Source: an uncultured Mageeibacillus sp. (lineage in GTDB: Bacteria; Bacillota; Clostridia; Saccharofermentanales; DTU023). From it: a DNA stretch of 64,000 nucleotides. The position numbers and the translations under genes were made by a program. The stretch spans positions 3,035 to 67,034 of the forward strand of contig CAZSFQ010000006.1 in NCBI GenBank assembly GCA_964606165.1, given 5' to 3'. Positions 1 to 8,826 of the stretch are shown here, one piece after another; the first letter of the stretch is position 1, and each line of letters opens with the position of its first letter. The notes beneath the pieces are model-generated. The model saw nothing but the letters and a program-made list of their open reading frames with translations. It did not search any database and was not told the DNA's origin.

Positions 1-1
1 A

Positions 2-889
2 TTCAAAAGCAAACCGCGCTCCTACCGCGACCTGCCCATCCGTATGGGCGAACTCGGCCTGGTCCATCGCCATGAAAAATCCGGTACCCTGCTGGGCATG
101 ATGCGGGTCCGCGCCTTCACCCAGGATGATGCTCACCTTTTCATGACACCCGGCCAGATGGCGGATGAAATCAGCGGGATTGTCCGCCTGATCGACGACC
201 TTTACCGGGGCTTCGGTTTCCAGTTCCGGGTCGAGCTGTCGACCAGGCCGGAAAATGCCATGGGCGCCATCGAAGACTGGAACCGGGCTGAAGAGGTATT
301 GAAGAATGTGCTCGATGATCTGGGCGCCGCCTATACCATCAATGAGGGCGACGGCGCCTTTTACGGACCCAAGATCGATTTCCACATCCGTGACGCAATC
401 GGCCGCAGCTGGCAGTGCGGAACCGTTCAGCTGGACTTTCAGATGCCCCAGCGCTTTGAGCTTGAATACACGGGACCTGACGGTGAAAAGCACCGTCCCA
501 TCGTCGTCCACCGGGTTGCCTACGGGGCCCTGGAACGCTTCATGGCCATCCTGATTGAGCACTTCGCCGGCAAGTTCCCCTTCTGGCTCTCACCGGATCA
601 GGTCCGTGTCCTGACCATTTCACAGCACAACACCGGCTATGCCCAAGCCGTCGTATCGCGATTGAAGGACCAGGGCCTGCGGGTTGAGCTCGACGCGCGC
701 GATGAGAAGATTGGCTACAAGATCCGGGAAGCCCAACTGGCCAAGGTACCCTATATGCTGGTAGTCGGCGACAAGGAAGCGGAAGAGGGCGCGGTTTCAG
801 TACGGAGCCGCGATGAAGGCAATCTCGGATCCCTTTCACTGGATGCCTTCGTTGACAAGGCCCGGGAGGAGAACCAGTCGGGCCTGTAG
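2..889 (+). CDS. thrS: threonine--tRNA ligase, C-terminal part (5' end lies upstream of the window)
   Basis: The frame is open from nt 2 (FKSKPRSYRDLPIRMGELG...). It carries class-II ThrRS core and anticodon-domain sequence (RVRAFTQDDAHLF, VQLDFQMPQRF, KIGYKIREAQLAKVPYMLVVGDKE). Confidence 0.95.
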   Translation, partial: FKSKPRSYRDLPIRMGELGLVHRHEKSGTLLGMMRVRAFTQDDAHLFMTPGQMADEISGIVRLIDDLYRGFGFQFRVELSTRPENAMGAIEDWNRAEEVLKNVLDDLGAAYTINEGDGAFYGPKIDFHIRDAIGRSWQCGTVQLDFQMPQRFELEYTGPDGEKHRPIVVHRVAYGALERFMAILIEHFAGKFPFWLSPDQVRVLTISQHNTGYAQAVVSRLKDQGLRVELDARDEKIGYKIREAQLAKVPYMLVVGDKEAEEGAVSVRSRDEGNLGSLSLDAFVDKAREENQSGL

Positions 890-907
890 AAAATATTAGA
901 TTCATGG

Positions 908-940
908 AAAAGTGCCGGCTGCCTTTGCAACCGGCATTTT
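908..940 (+). terminator. hairpin plus T-run between convergent thrS and deoD
   Basis: AAAGTGCCGG (12-nt loop) CCGGCATTTT followed by CTTT. The stem has about 10 bp including one G-U pair. Confidence 0.6.
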
Positions 941-942
941 CT

Positions 943-1662
943 TTATGCCGGCGCGATCTCGAGCGCCAGCTCCATCATCTGGCGGTAGCCCTCCTGGCGG
1001 GCCTCCGGTGAGTCGGACTCACCGGTCAGGATATGGTCGCTGACCGTAAACATGCCGAGGGCGCGCTTTCCGAACTGGCGTGCCTTCATGTAAAGGCCGG
1101 CTGATTCCATCTCGGCGCACAGCGCCCCGTACTGCATCAGGTTCTGGAAGACCTGATCCGGCAAGGCGGTGTAAAACTGGTCGGAGCTCAGGACGGTTCC
1201 CGCATGCACGCGGATGCCCATCTCTTTCGCTTTCCCGTAGGCCTGGATCAGCAGATCAAAGTCGGGTGTCGGGCAAAACTCGTAAGGTCCGAACAAACCA
1301 TGGTTGATCTTGGAGTCCGTGTTGGCGGCAGTCGCAAGGACCAGGTCATGCAGCTTGATATCCGGCTGCATGGCTCCGGTACTGCCGATACGGATGATGG
1401 TATCCACTTCATAAAAGGCAAAAAGCTCGTGGATATAGATCATGGAAGAGGGTATCCCCATCCCCGACCCCATTACGGATACACGCTTCCCCTTGTAGAA
1501 ACCCGTATAACCCAGCATACCCCGGACCTGGTTGAAACACAGGGCATCCTCCAGGTAGTTTTGCGCGACAAACTGGGCCCGGAGCGGGTCACCCGGCATC
1601 AGGACGGTATTGGCGATTTCATCAGGACTTTTTGCTTCAATGTGGGGGGTTGGAATGCTCAT
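943..1662 (-). CDS. deoD: purine nucleoside phosphorylase, DeoD type
   Basis: MSIPTPHIEA...VLMPGDPLRA...GMGIPS...EMESAGLY is a typical hexameric PNP. I chose the ATG at 1662 because a GGAAAGGAA RBS sits upstream. The 90-codon upstream extension in the ORF track has no PNP similarity. Confidence 0.9.
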   Translation of the reverse strand: MSIPTPHIEAKSPDEIANTVLMPGDPLRAQFVAQNYLEDALCFNQVRGMLGYTGFYKGKRVSVMGSGMGIPSSMIYIHELFAFYEVDTIIRIGSTGAMQPDIKLHDLVLATAANTDSKINHGLFGPYEFCPTPDFDLLIQAYGKAKEMGIRVHAGTVLSSDQFYTALPDQVFQNLMQYGALCAEMESAGLYMKARQFGKRALGMFTVSDHILTGESDSPEARQEGYRQMMELALEIAPA

Positions 1663-1801
1663 GTCGGTTCCTTTCCGCTGAAGAGAATCAATGGGCGTCT
1701 TGAAAGACGCCATCCCAATCATAGCAGAAAGCCAGTTCACCATGCCCTCTTGCCGCCAGGATGTGAGAGAATGAGAAGACCCGTGACCGAGGTGACAAGT
1801 A

Positions 1802-2970
1802 ATGAAAGACAGGACGCAGCAAAAAAAGACAGCCGGATCACGTCCGGCACTTTTTGGCGCCTCCATCTTCCTGATCCTTGCTGCCCTGGTCACCCTTATC
1901 CTGGTCATCTTCCGTGAAATCGCCTTCCGCAAGCCGGCTGTGGCGGACTACTACACAAGCCGGATCTTCTCTCCGCTTGCCTCCGTCTGGGCCTGGCCTT
2001 TCAGTCAATTCTCCTTCTCGCTGACCGAGCTCCTGGTGGTCATTGGAACGCCCGCCCTTTTCCTGATTTTTATCCTGGGAGTTATCCGCCTCTTCACAAG
2101 ACCTGCTTACCGCCTTCGCCGTTTGCTGCGATCCGCGCTGTTGATTCTGGGCGTTCTTTGCATCCTGCTCTCCCTCTTTTTGGTCTTCCACGGCTTGAAT
2201 TACGCCCGTCCGTCCCTGGGCATCAGGCTCGGCCTCCCCTTGCAGGAGCATTCGGTTGATGAGCTGGAAGAAGCGGTGCGCCAACTGGCAAGGGCTGCCG
2301 TCCAGGCCCGCCAGGGCTTGCCTGAATCAGACGACGGCACCCTGGACATCGGCCCGCTGAACACTGTCTGGAAAACCGCCTTTGAAGGCTGGGACCAGGC
2401 GGCTGACCGCTGGCCCGCGCTTGAAAGCCCCGTCCGGGCCCGGCCCAAGGGCGTTCTGCTCTCCCATTATTGGTCCTACACCAACATCGTGGGGGGCTTT
2501 ATATGCCCTTTTTTATCGAGCCCAATGTCAATATCGACCAGCCCGCCTTCATGATCCCTTCCACAGCCGCCCACGAAATCTCACACAGCCGCGGTTTCGC
2601 CAGTGAGGGTGACAGCGATTTCGCGGCCTTTTTAAGCTGTGTCTGCCATCCCGACCCTGTCTGGCGCTATTCAGGCTTGATCAGCGCCTGGAAGAGCGCT
2701 TCCCACAGGCTGTGGGAGGAGGACCGCGACCGTTGGGGCGCGGCCTACAGGGAGGAACTGTCACCCGCTGTCATCCGCGACCTGCAAGCCGAATCACTTT
2801 ACTGGCAAGCCTTTGAAACACCGGTCGCCGATTTTTCTGAGCAGGTCAACGATGCCTATCTCAAGGCAAACAAGGAGGAGGATGGCGTTAAAAGCTACGG
2901 CGCCGTTGTCGATTTACTTTTGGCCTGGCTTGATACGCCTGACGCGGAACTCATCATTCCGCAGCCATAA
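1802..2970 (+). pseudogene. DUF3810-type membrane protein with HExxH motif, interrupted by a 1-nt frameshift near 2491-2500
   Basis: ORF 1802..2554 (TM helices, ...HYWSYTNIVGGF) and ORF 2470..2970 in the -1 frame (YMPFFIEPNVNIDQPAFMIPSTAAHEISHSRGF...) read as one protein if one base is added in the G6 or T3 run. Confidence 0.7.
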
Positions 2971-2988
2971 CAAGATCTTCCAGCCGTC

Positions 2989-3016
2989 TTGACATCCCGT
3001 CAGGGGGGAATAAAAT
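2989..3016 (+). promoter_or_regulatory. sigma-A type promoter candidate for the MBOAT operon
   Basis: TTGACA (2989-2994), a 16-nt spacer, then TAAAAT (3011-3016), 19 nt upstream of the ATG at 3035. Confidence 0.5.
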
Positions 3017-3034
3017 GAGGCAAAGAGATAAGCC

Positions 3035-4450
3035 ATGGTATTTTCGTCTTTGATCTTCCTGTATGTCTTCCTGCCTATCTGCCTGGTCGCTGCCTGGCTG
3101 ACCAGCCGGGTTCGCACGCAAAATGCCTTTCTGCTCATCGCCTCCTTGTTTTTTTACGCCTGGGGGGAACCTGTCTATGTCATCCTGCTTCTTTTCACGA
3201 CTTTCATCATCTGGCTGTGCGGAATTTTCATGGGACGCTCACGATCGCCAGGTATACGAAGGGGCTGGCTGATCGCGGCCATTGTCCTGGCCCTTGCCAG
3301 TCTCGTCTATTTCAAATACACAGGATTCCTGCTTGAAATCCTCAACGTCCTCCCTTTCTTTCACTTTGATCCCCCCTTGATCTCGCTTCCCATCGGCATC
3401 TCCTTTTATACCTTCCAGGCATTGACCTACATCATCGACCTATACCGGGGTGAAATTAAAATCCAGCGTTCCTACGCCCGCTTTTTGCTCTATGTCTCCT
3501 TGTTCCCCCAACTGATTGCCGGTCCCATTGTCCGTTACGCCGATATTGAGAAGCAGCTTTACCATCGCCGGATTTCACTCGACGGGATGGCAGCGGGAAT
3601 CTGCCGATTTCTCGGAGGACTGGCCAAGAAGGTCCTGATCGCCAACTACGCCAGTGAAATCGTCGAACTCTGCCTTGAATCGGAACACTTCGCCCAGGTC
3701 AGTTCCGCAACGGCCATCCTCGGAATCATTGCCTTTGGTATCCAAATCTATTTTGACTTTTCAGGATACTCCGACATGGCCATTGGCCTGGGTCTCCTGT
3801 TCGGTTTCCGCTTTATGGAGAACTTCAGGTATCCCTACATTGCCTCCACCATCACGGATTTCTGGCGCCGCTGGCACATCTCGCTCAGCACCTTCTTTCG
3901 CGATTACCTCTATATCCCGCTCGGAGGCAATAGAAGTCACCGCTTACGCAATACATTTGTGGTCTGGTTTTTAACAGGACTCTGGCACGGGGCCAATGTC
4001 AACTTCGTTCTATGGGGCCTTTACTACTTTCTGCTTCTGACCCTGGAACGGCATCTCATCCTTCCCCGCCTGGAGAAAATCCCCCGTCTGCTCGGCCACC
4101 TGTGGACCATGCTGGCGGTCCTGGCAGGCTGGAGCCTGTTCTATTTCACGAAAACAGCTGATTTTCTGACTTTCTGGGGCAGAATCGTCTCGCCGGGCCT
4201 TGCCGGCTTTGCCGATCTTGAGGCGAAAATTCTCTGGAAACAACACCTCTTTTTTATCCTGGTGGCGGCAGTCTTCTCGACGCCCCTCCTGCCTTGGATC
4301 CGGCGAAAATTCAAGGAGCCTATCCGGCAGCTGGAAAATTCCCCTGCCGGCGGCGTTCTGCGCACTGCCGGCGTGCTTATACTTCTTTTTGTCTCCACAG
4401 CTTCCCTGGTCGCGTCCAGCTATAATCCTTTTTTGTATTTCCGCTTTTAG
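3035..4450 (+). CDS. MBOAT family membrane-bound O-acyltransferase (AlgI/DltB-like)
   Basis: Polytopic membrane protein with the MBOAT signature FWRRWHISLSTFFRDYLYIPLGGNR. Confidence 0.9.
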   Translation: MVFSSLIFLYVFLPICLVAAWLTSRVRTQNAFLLIASLFFYAWGEPVYVILLLFTTFIIWLCGIFMGRSRSPGIRRGWLIAAIVLALASLVYFKYTGFLLEILNVLPFFHFDPPLISLPIGISFYTFQALTYIIDLYRGEIKIQRSYARFLLYVSLFPQLIAGPIVRYADIEKQLYHRRISLDGMAAGICRFLGGLAKKVLIANYASEIVELCLESEHFAQVSSATAILGIIAFGIQIYFDFSGYSDMAIGLGLLFGFRFMENFRYPYIASTITDFWRRWHISLSTFFRDYLYIPLGGNRSHRLRNTFVVWFLTGLWHGANVNFVLWGLYYFLLLTLERHLILPRLEKIPRLLGHLWTMLAVLAGWSLFYFTKTADFLTFWGRIVSPGLAGFADLEAKILWKQHLFFILVAAVFSTPLLPWIRRKFKEPIRQLENSPAGGVLRTAGVLILLFVSTASLVASSYNPFLYFRF

Positions 4451-4467
4451 AACTGTCAGGTGAATGC

Positions 4468-5805
4468 ATGAAAACACGTCAATCCAACCAATCCGCCCTC
4501 GTTGTCACCTTTCTGGTCGCTCTTCTTGTCATAGGTGTCATGCATCTGCTTTTGCCTGAACAGGACCTTTCCGAGGACGAGGCGCGCGCCCTGGCCCGCT
4601 TCCCTGCCCTCTCCTACAGCGACGCGCGGTCGGGAAAGCAGGCGGCCAATATCGAAAAATGGTACAACGACCAGTTCCCCTTTCGCCAGGCTTTCATCCG
4701 CGCCGGCAAAAACTGGCGCAGCATCGCTTATCCTAACCTCAACACGGACGGAATGGCCATTTACCTTATGCCCGACGAGGAAGGCAGCCTGGTTCCCCAG
4801 GAGACCCTGCCGGCTGAGGTCACCGACCCTGTTACGACACCGGCAGGGGAGGAATCGGAAGGAACCGGCCCTTCACCCACGCAAGCTCTTGAGCCGCCCC
4901 CCCTGGAGCCGCTGGACGAGGTTGTGAACATGAAAACGCTCCTGATTGTCAATAAACGGGCCATGGAACGCTATTACGGAAACGAGACCAAGCTTAAGGC
5001 CTATGGGGAGCGCCTTAACAAGCTGAAGGAGAATCTGGGCAGCGGCAGGCAGCTCTACAGCATGATCGTGCCCACAGCCATCGAACTCTATGCGCCAGAA
5101 GAGTACCACTCAGGCTATTCATCCCAGAAACGATGCATTGGTATCGTCAACGAAGAGCTCGATCCTTCCATCCACGCCGTCAACGCCTACGATCAGCTCC
5201 TCTTTCACCGCGATCAATACATTTACTACCGGACCGACCATCACTGGACGGGACTGGGCGCCTATTACGCCTATGTCGCCTTCTGTGAATCGGCCGGCCT
5301 CCAGGCCGCGCGCCTGGAGGACATGGAGCACTACCAGATTGAGGGCGACTACCTGGGTTCGCTCTACCGCATTTCAAAAAGCGCGGTTTTGGAGGATAAT
5401 CCTGACACAACGGAAGGCTGGAAACCTGTTGCGGATTATAAGGCCACGGCCTGGGATAACAGTGAGATGACGGTCACTTACCAAACCCGTTTGAATGACG
5501 AAAGAATCAAGGGCAGCAACGCCTACCTCAACTTCTCCGGCGGCGACCGGGCCCTTTTGAAAATTGAAACGGATCATGGATCCGGACGAAAAATCCTGGT
5601 CGTCAAAGATTCTTTCGGCAATGCCTTTATCCCCTATCTGGCTAATAATTTTGACGAAATCCATGTGATTGACCCCCGCTATTACACGCGCCCCATGATT
5701 GCCCTGGTGGAAGAAAATGGCATCACCGATGTGCTGGTGATGAACTATATGTTCGGCACCTCCAACTCCACCTGGCTTGGGGGATTTGACCGGATCGCAA
5801 AATAG
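4468..5805 (+). CDS. DHHW family protein (AlgJ/DltD-like extracytoplasmic partner of the MBOAT)
   Basis: N-terminal TM anchor, the eponymous motif YYRTDHHWT, and an AGGTGA RBS. It lies immediately downstream of the MBOAT gene. Confidence 0.85.
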   Translation: MKTRQSNQSALVVTFLVALLVIGVMHLLLPEQDLSEDEARALARFPALSYSDARSGKQAANIEKWYNDQFPFRQAFIRAGKNWRSIAYPNLNTDGMAIYLMPDEEGSLVPQETLPAEVTDPVTTPAGEESEGTGPSPTQALEPPPLEPLDEVVNMKTLLIVNKRAMERYYGNETKLKAYGERLNKLKENLGSGRQLYSMIVPTAIELYAPEEYHSGYSSQKRCIGIVNEELDPSIHAVNAYDQLLFHRDQYIYYRTDHHWTGLGAYYAYVAFCESAGLQAARLEDMEHYQIEGDYLGSLYRISKSAVLEDNPDTTEGWKPVADYKATAWDNSEMTVTYQTRLNDERIKGSNAYLNFSGGDRALLKIETDHGSGRKILVVKDSFGNAFIPYLANNFDEIHVIDPRYYTRPMIALVEENGITDVLVMNYMFGTSNSTWLGGFDRIAK

Positions 5806-5850
5806 GAGGGCCGCGTGATAGACTGTTTGAAATAGCAAAGGAGTATCACC

Positions 5851-6342
5851 ATGACCATTACTTTTCCGGTGCTGCCAACCAACTACGAGGAGTTCGTGAC
5901 CCTGGCCGGGGACATGATGAAAAAACCTGAGGGCACAGCCGCCCTCCTTCTTGTCGCGCTCAAGCTCTACGTCAATGACCGGGATCTTGGCCTGGAAGTC
6001 CTGAACTTTCTTCACGGGCCGCGGCCCCTGTCAGTCCGCGACCAGCAGTTCATCCGCGACCGCATGATGGACAAGCCATACCTGCCTGATTCCTACTTCG
6101 CGGGCGCCCGGCCGGACAATAACTATACGCCAGATCAGCCCCTGATCATTGAGCTGATGCCCGATCCGGTCCCGGCCGAAAGCGAGGAGTTCAAAAAGGT
6201 TCGCCTGAATTCGTCAGGTGCCGACAGCCCGCGCCTTGTCACTTTGCGGCGCAAGGCATCCGGTGACGTCTGGTTTTTGTGGGATTACCCGGCCATCGTA
6301 ACGGGTATCCGGATTCCTGCCAAGGAGGATCCCTGGGCTTAA
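5851..6342 (+). CDS. conserved hypothetical protein (163 aa), last gene of the MBOAT/DHHW operon
   Basis: AAGGAG RBS, no TM helix or signal peptide, and no motif I can name. A terminator follows. Confidence 0.6.
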   Translation: MTITFPVLPTNYEEFVTLAGDMMKKPEGTAALLLVALKLYVNDRDLGLEVLNFLHGPRPLSVRDQQFIRDRMMDKPYLPDSYFAGARPDNNYTPDQPLIIELMPDPVPAESEEFKKVRLNSSGADSPRLVTLRRKASGDVWFLWDYPAIVTGIRIPAKEDPWA

Positions 6343-6364
6343 GCCCGCTCAAATAAACATGCCA

Positions 6365-7570
6365 TCAACCGCCTGCGGGCGGTTGTTTTTTGATCCGCGC
6401 CACACCGGACGCGGCGGCCGCGTCAAAAACGGCCCGCGCGACAATCTCCTTCAAACGCGGATCCACAGGCTCAGGTAAAATTCTTTCTGATGAAAGACTC
6501 CCGTCATCCGCCATGCCGGCTAAAGCCATGGCCGCCGCGTGCTTCATGGCGTCGTTGATATCGGATGCCCTGGCATCAAAGGCTCCCCTGAAAATGCCGG
6601 GAAAGGCAAGTACATTGTTGATCTGATTGGGGTAGTCAGACCGTCCCGTGGCGACAATGGCGGCACCGGCCGCCTTTGCCCTGGCCGGATCAATCTCAGG
6701 GTCGGGATTGGCGCATGCAAAAATGACGGGATCCCAGGCCATGGTCCGGATCATGGATTCGGTGATGACATCCGGGGCCGACAGGCCGATAAAGACGTCA
6801 GCCCCTCTCAGGGCGTCAGAAATGGTCGTCCGCGTCCCTCTTTTATTGGTCACAGCGGCCATCTTCTCCTTCTCCCGGTTCATGCCCGGCCGTCCCGGAT
6901 AAAGGGGCCCCTGACGGTCACAGATGACAAGGTCCTCTGCCCCCGCCTCCATAAGCAAACGGGCGACCGCGATGGACGCGGCGCCCGCCCCGCTGAATAC
7001 AATCCGCGACTGCCCCATGGTCCTGGCCGTCAATTTCAGGGCATTGACCAGGGCGGCAAGCACTACAACCGCTGTACCGTGCTGGTCGTCGTGAAAGACC
7101 GGGATGTCGCAGATCTCCTTCAGCCTTCTTTCAATTTCAAAACAGCGAGGCGCAGCGATATCCTCCAGGTTGATTCCGCCAAAACTTCCCGCCAGCAAGG
7201 CGATGGTCCGGACGATCTCGTCCGTATCCCTGGACCGGATGCAAAGGGGAAAGGCATCCACATCGCCAAAGGCCTTGAACAAGACGCATTTTCCCTCCAT
7301 GACCGGCATGGCGGCTTCGGGCCCGATGTCGCCCAGGCCCAGGACTGCCGACCCGTCCGTTACGACCAGGCACAGGTTCCAGCGGCGGGTCAGGTCATAG
7401 GACTTCATGGGGTCTGCCGCGATGGCAAGACAGGGCGCGGCAACCCCCGGCGTGTAGGCAATCGACAGATCTTCCTTTGATCTGACACTGACCCTGGAAA
7501 CCACTTCAATTTTCCCCCGCCAGCCGGCGTGCGCTTCCATGGCTTGTGTATCGTAACTGTGTTTTGTCAT
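6365..7570 (-). CDS. NAD(P)-dependent malic enzyme (short, roughly 400-aa type)
   Basis: YTPGVAAPC, VVTDGSAVLGLGDIGPEAAMPVMEGK and GINLEDIAAPRCFEIE are typical. I chose the ATG at 7570, which has a GAGGGG RBS. Confidence 0.9.
   Translation of the reverse strand: MTKHSYDTQAMEAHAGWRGKIEVVSRVSVRSKEDLSIAYTPGVAAPCLAIAADPMKSYDLTRRWNLCLVVTDGSAVLGLGDIGPEAAMPVMEGKCVLFKAFGDVDAFPLCIRSRDTDEIVRTIALLAGSFGGINLEDIAAPRCFEIERRLKEICDIPVFHDDQHGTAVVVLAALVNALKLTARTMGQSRIVFSGAGAASIAVARLLMEAGAEDLVICDRQGPLYPGRPGMNREKEKMAAVTNKRGTRTTISDALRGADVFIGLSAPDVITESMIRTMAWDPVIFACANPDPEIDPARAKAAGAAIVATGRSDYPNQINNVLAFPGIFRGAFDARASDINDAMKHAAAMALAGMADDGSLSSERILPEPVDPRLKEIVARAVFDAAAASGVARIKKQPPAGG
6367..6391 (+). terminator. rho-independent terminator of the MBOAT operon, embedded in the 3' end of the convergent malic enzyme gene
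   Basis: CAACCGCC tgcg GGCGGTTG followed by TTTTTT. Confidence 0.75.
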
Positions 7571-7651
7571 CGTCCTGGCCCCTCTTTTTTGTTCATTTTC
7601 CCGTCCGTTCTGATTGCGCGGCAAGACACGCTCATGGTAGCATAGGCACAG

Positions 7652-7691
7652 TTATAATAATTATGACTTTGTAATGATTACAAAGTCATAA
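7652..7691. promoter_or_regulatory. Fur-family (PerR-like) operator region with two 7-1-7 boxes, the second inside a 31-bp perfect palindrome
   Basis: Box 1 is TTATAATAATTATGA (7652-7666) and contains TATAAT. Box 2 is TTGTAATGATTACAA (7669-7683). It is the core of the palindrome TTATGACTTTGTAAT-G-ATTACAAAGTCATAA (7661-7691). The region lies about 60-100 nt upstream of prx. Confidence 0.65.
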
Positions 7692-7752
7692 AGGAAAGCT
7701 GCCCTCCCGTCAGGAGACCGGGCAGAAGAGGAAGAAGAAAGGAATATTAAAA

Positions 7753-8361
7753 ATGCCAATGGTCGGAAAACAAGCTCCCTTGTTTGAAGCAGCCGCTTAC
7801 CACAAGGGAAAGTTCACCAAGGTGAAACTGGAGGACTACAAAGGTCAATGGGTGATGCTGTGCTTCTACCCCGGCGACTTTACCTTTGTCTGAGCGACTG
7901 AGGTGTCTGCAGTTGCAGCCAGGTATGAAGAATTTGAGAAACTGGGCGTTCAGGTCCTGTCGATTTCTGTTGACAGCGAATTCGTCCACAAGATCTGGAA
8001 TGACGTTGAGCTGTCAAAAATCGCCGGCAAAGACGTCCCCTTCCCCATGCTGTCCGACTCCTCGGGCGCCGTCGGCGATCTCTACGGCGTCTACGACCGC
8101 GAAGCGGGCGTTAATGTCCGCGGCCGTTTCATCATCGATCCTGACGGCAAGATCCAGGCCATGGAAGTTCTGACCCCGCCGGTAGGCAGAAACGTCTCCG
8201 AGGCCATCCGTCAGATCAAGGCCTATCAGCTGGTCCGCGAAACAGGCGGCAAGGAAGTTACACCCTCAGGCTGGCAGGAAGGCGGCAAAACGCTCAAGCC
8301 CGGCATCGACCTTGTCGGAAAGATTGCGGATCACTGGACCATTGCCGACTCCTACAAGTGA
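7753..8361 (+). CDS. prxU: peroxiredoxin (AhpC/Prx1 type) with selenocysteine (TGA, codon 47) in place of the peroxidatic Cys
   Basis: From the ATG at 7753 the frame reads [63 protein letters not shown]... The TGA is at 7891-7893, where the family has FTFVCPTE. The same frame continues as ORF 7903..8361, which is Prx-like throughout. Confidence 0.8.
7898..7922 (+). promoter_or_regulatory. candidate bacterial SECIS hairpin
   Basis: Starting 5 nt after the UGA: lower stem CUG/CAG, then G-C, a bulged U, an upper stem CUGC/GCAG and an apical loop AGUU. The bulged U and the GU in the loop resemble the E. coli fdhF minimal SECIS. Confidence 0.5.
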
Positions 8362-8389
8362 GTTAAGGCGAAAAGAAGGAAGCCGGCAC

Positions 8390-8803
8390 GTGAGCTACCG
8401 GACGGTCGAATTGCTGAGAGGGCACGGGATTAATCCTTCAAGCCAAAGGGTGCATATATACCATTACCTGACGGCCTCCAAGGAACACCCGACCGTTGAT
8501 GACATCTACGCAAAACTGCAAAAAGACGGTCATCTCTTCTCACGGGCAACCGTGTATAACACGGTTAACCTTTTTCTCGAAAAAGGCCTGATCCGCACCG
8601 TCCAGACGGAAGCGCATGAGATGCGATATGACGCTTCACCGGGTTTCCACGCGCACTTCAAATGTGAGTCATGTGGCCTTATTTTGGATATGCCAATGCA
8701 GGAGCCGCGGCCGGATGAGGTTGGCAGCCTGAAGATTTGCCGGACAAACGTCGTCTTCAGCGGCCTGTGCGGCCAATGCCAAAAGAAGGAACACAAGGAA
8801 TGA
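8390..8803 (+). CDS. perR: Fur family transcriptional regulator, PerR-like
   Basis: HPTVDDIY, SRATVYNTVNLF, FHAHFKCESCG and a C-terminal CGQC. GTG start at 8390 with an AAGGAAG RBS. Co-directional with prx, 28 nt downstream. Confidence 0.8.
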   Translation: MSYRTVELLRGHGINPSSQRVHIYHYLTASKEHPTVDDIYAKLQKDGHLFSRATVYNTVNLFLEKGLIRTVQTEAHEMRYDASPGFHAHFKCESCGLILDMPMQEPRPDEVGSLKICRTNVVFSGLCGQCQKKEHKE

Positions 8804-8826
8804 CGGAAGCTTATTGCTTTGTTTAT

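Noticed and set aside
1663-1932. 90-codon N-terminal extension of deoD in the ORF track. Similar upstream extensions appear for malic enzyme, rplM, rpsT, rpsU, the permease, the lipoprotein and rimI.
   Set aside because: The extensions have no family similarity. Internal starts with good RBSs give the canonical N-termini.
2491-2497. Programmed -1 ribosomal frameshifting on G_GGG_GGC in the DUF3810 gene.
   Set aside because: The register fits, but all-G heptamers are not established efficient shift sites, and I saw no obvious downstream stimulatory structure. A homopolymer indel (error or mutation) is the simpler explanation. It is mentioned in the corresponding finding only as an alternative.
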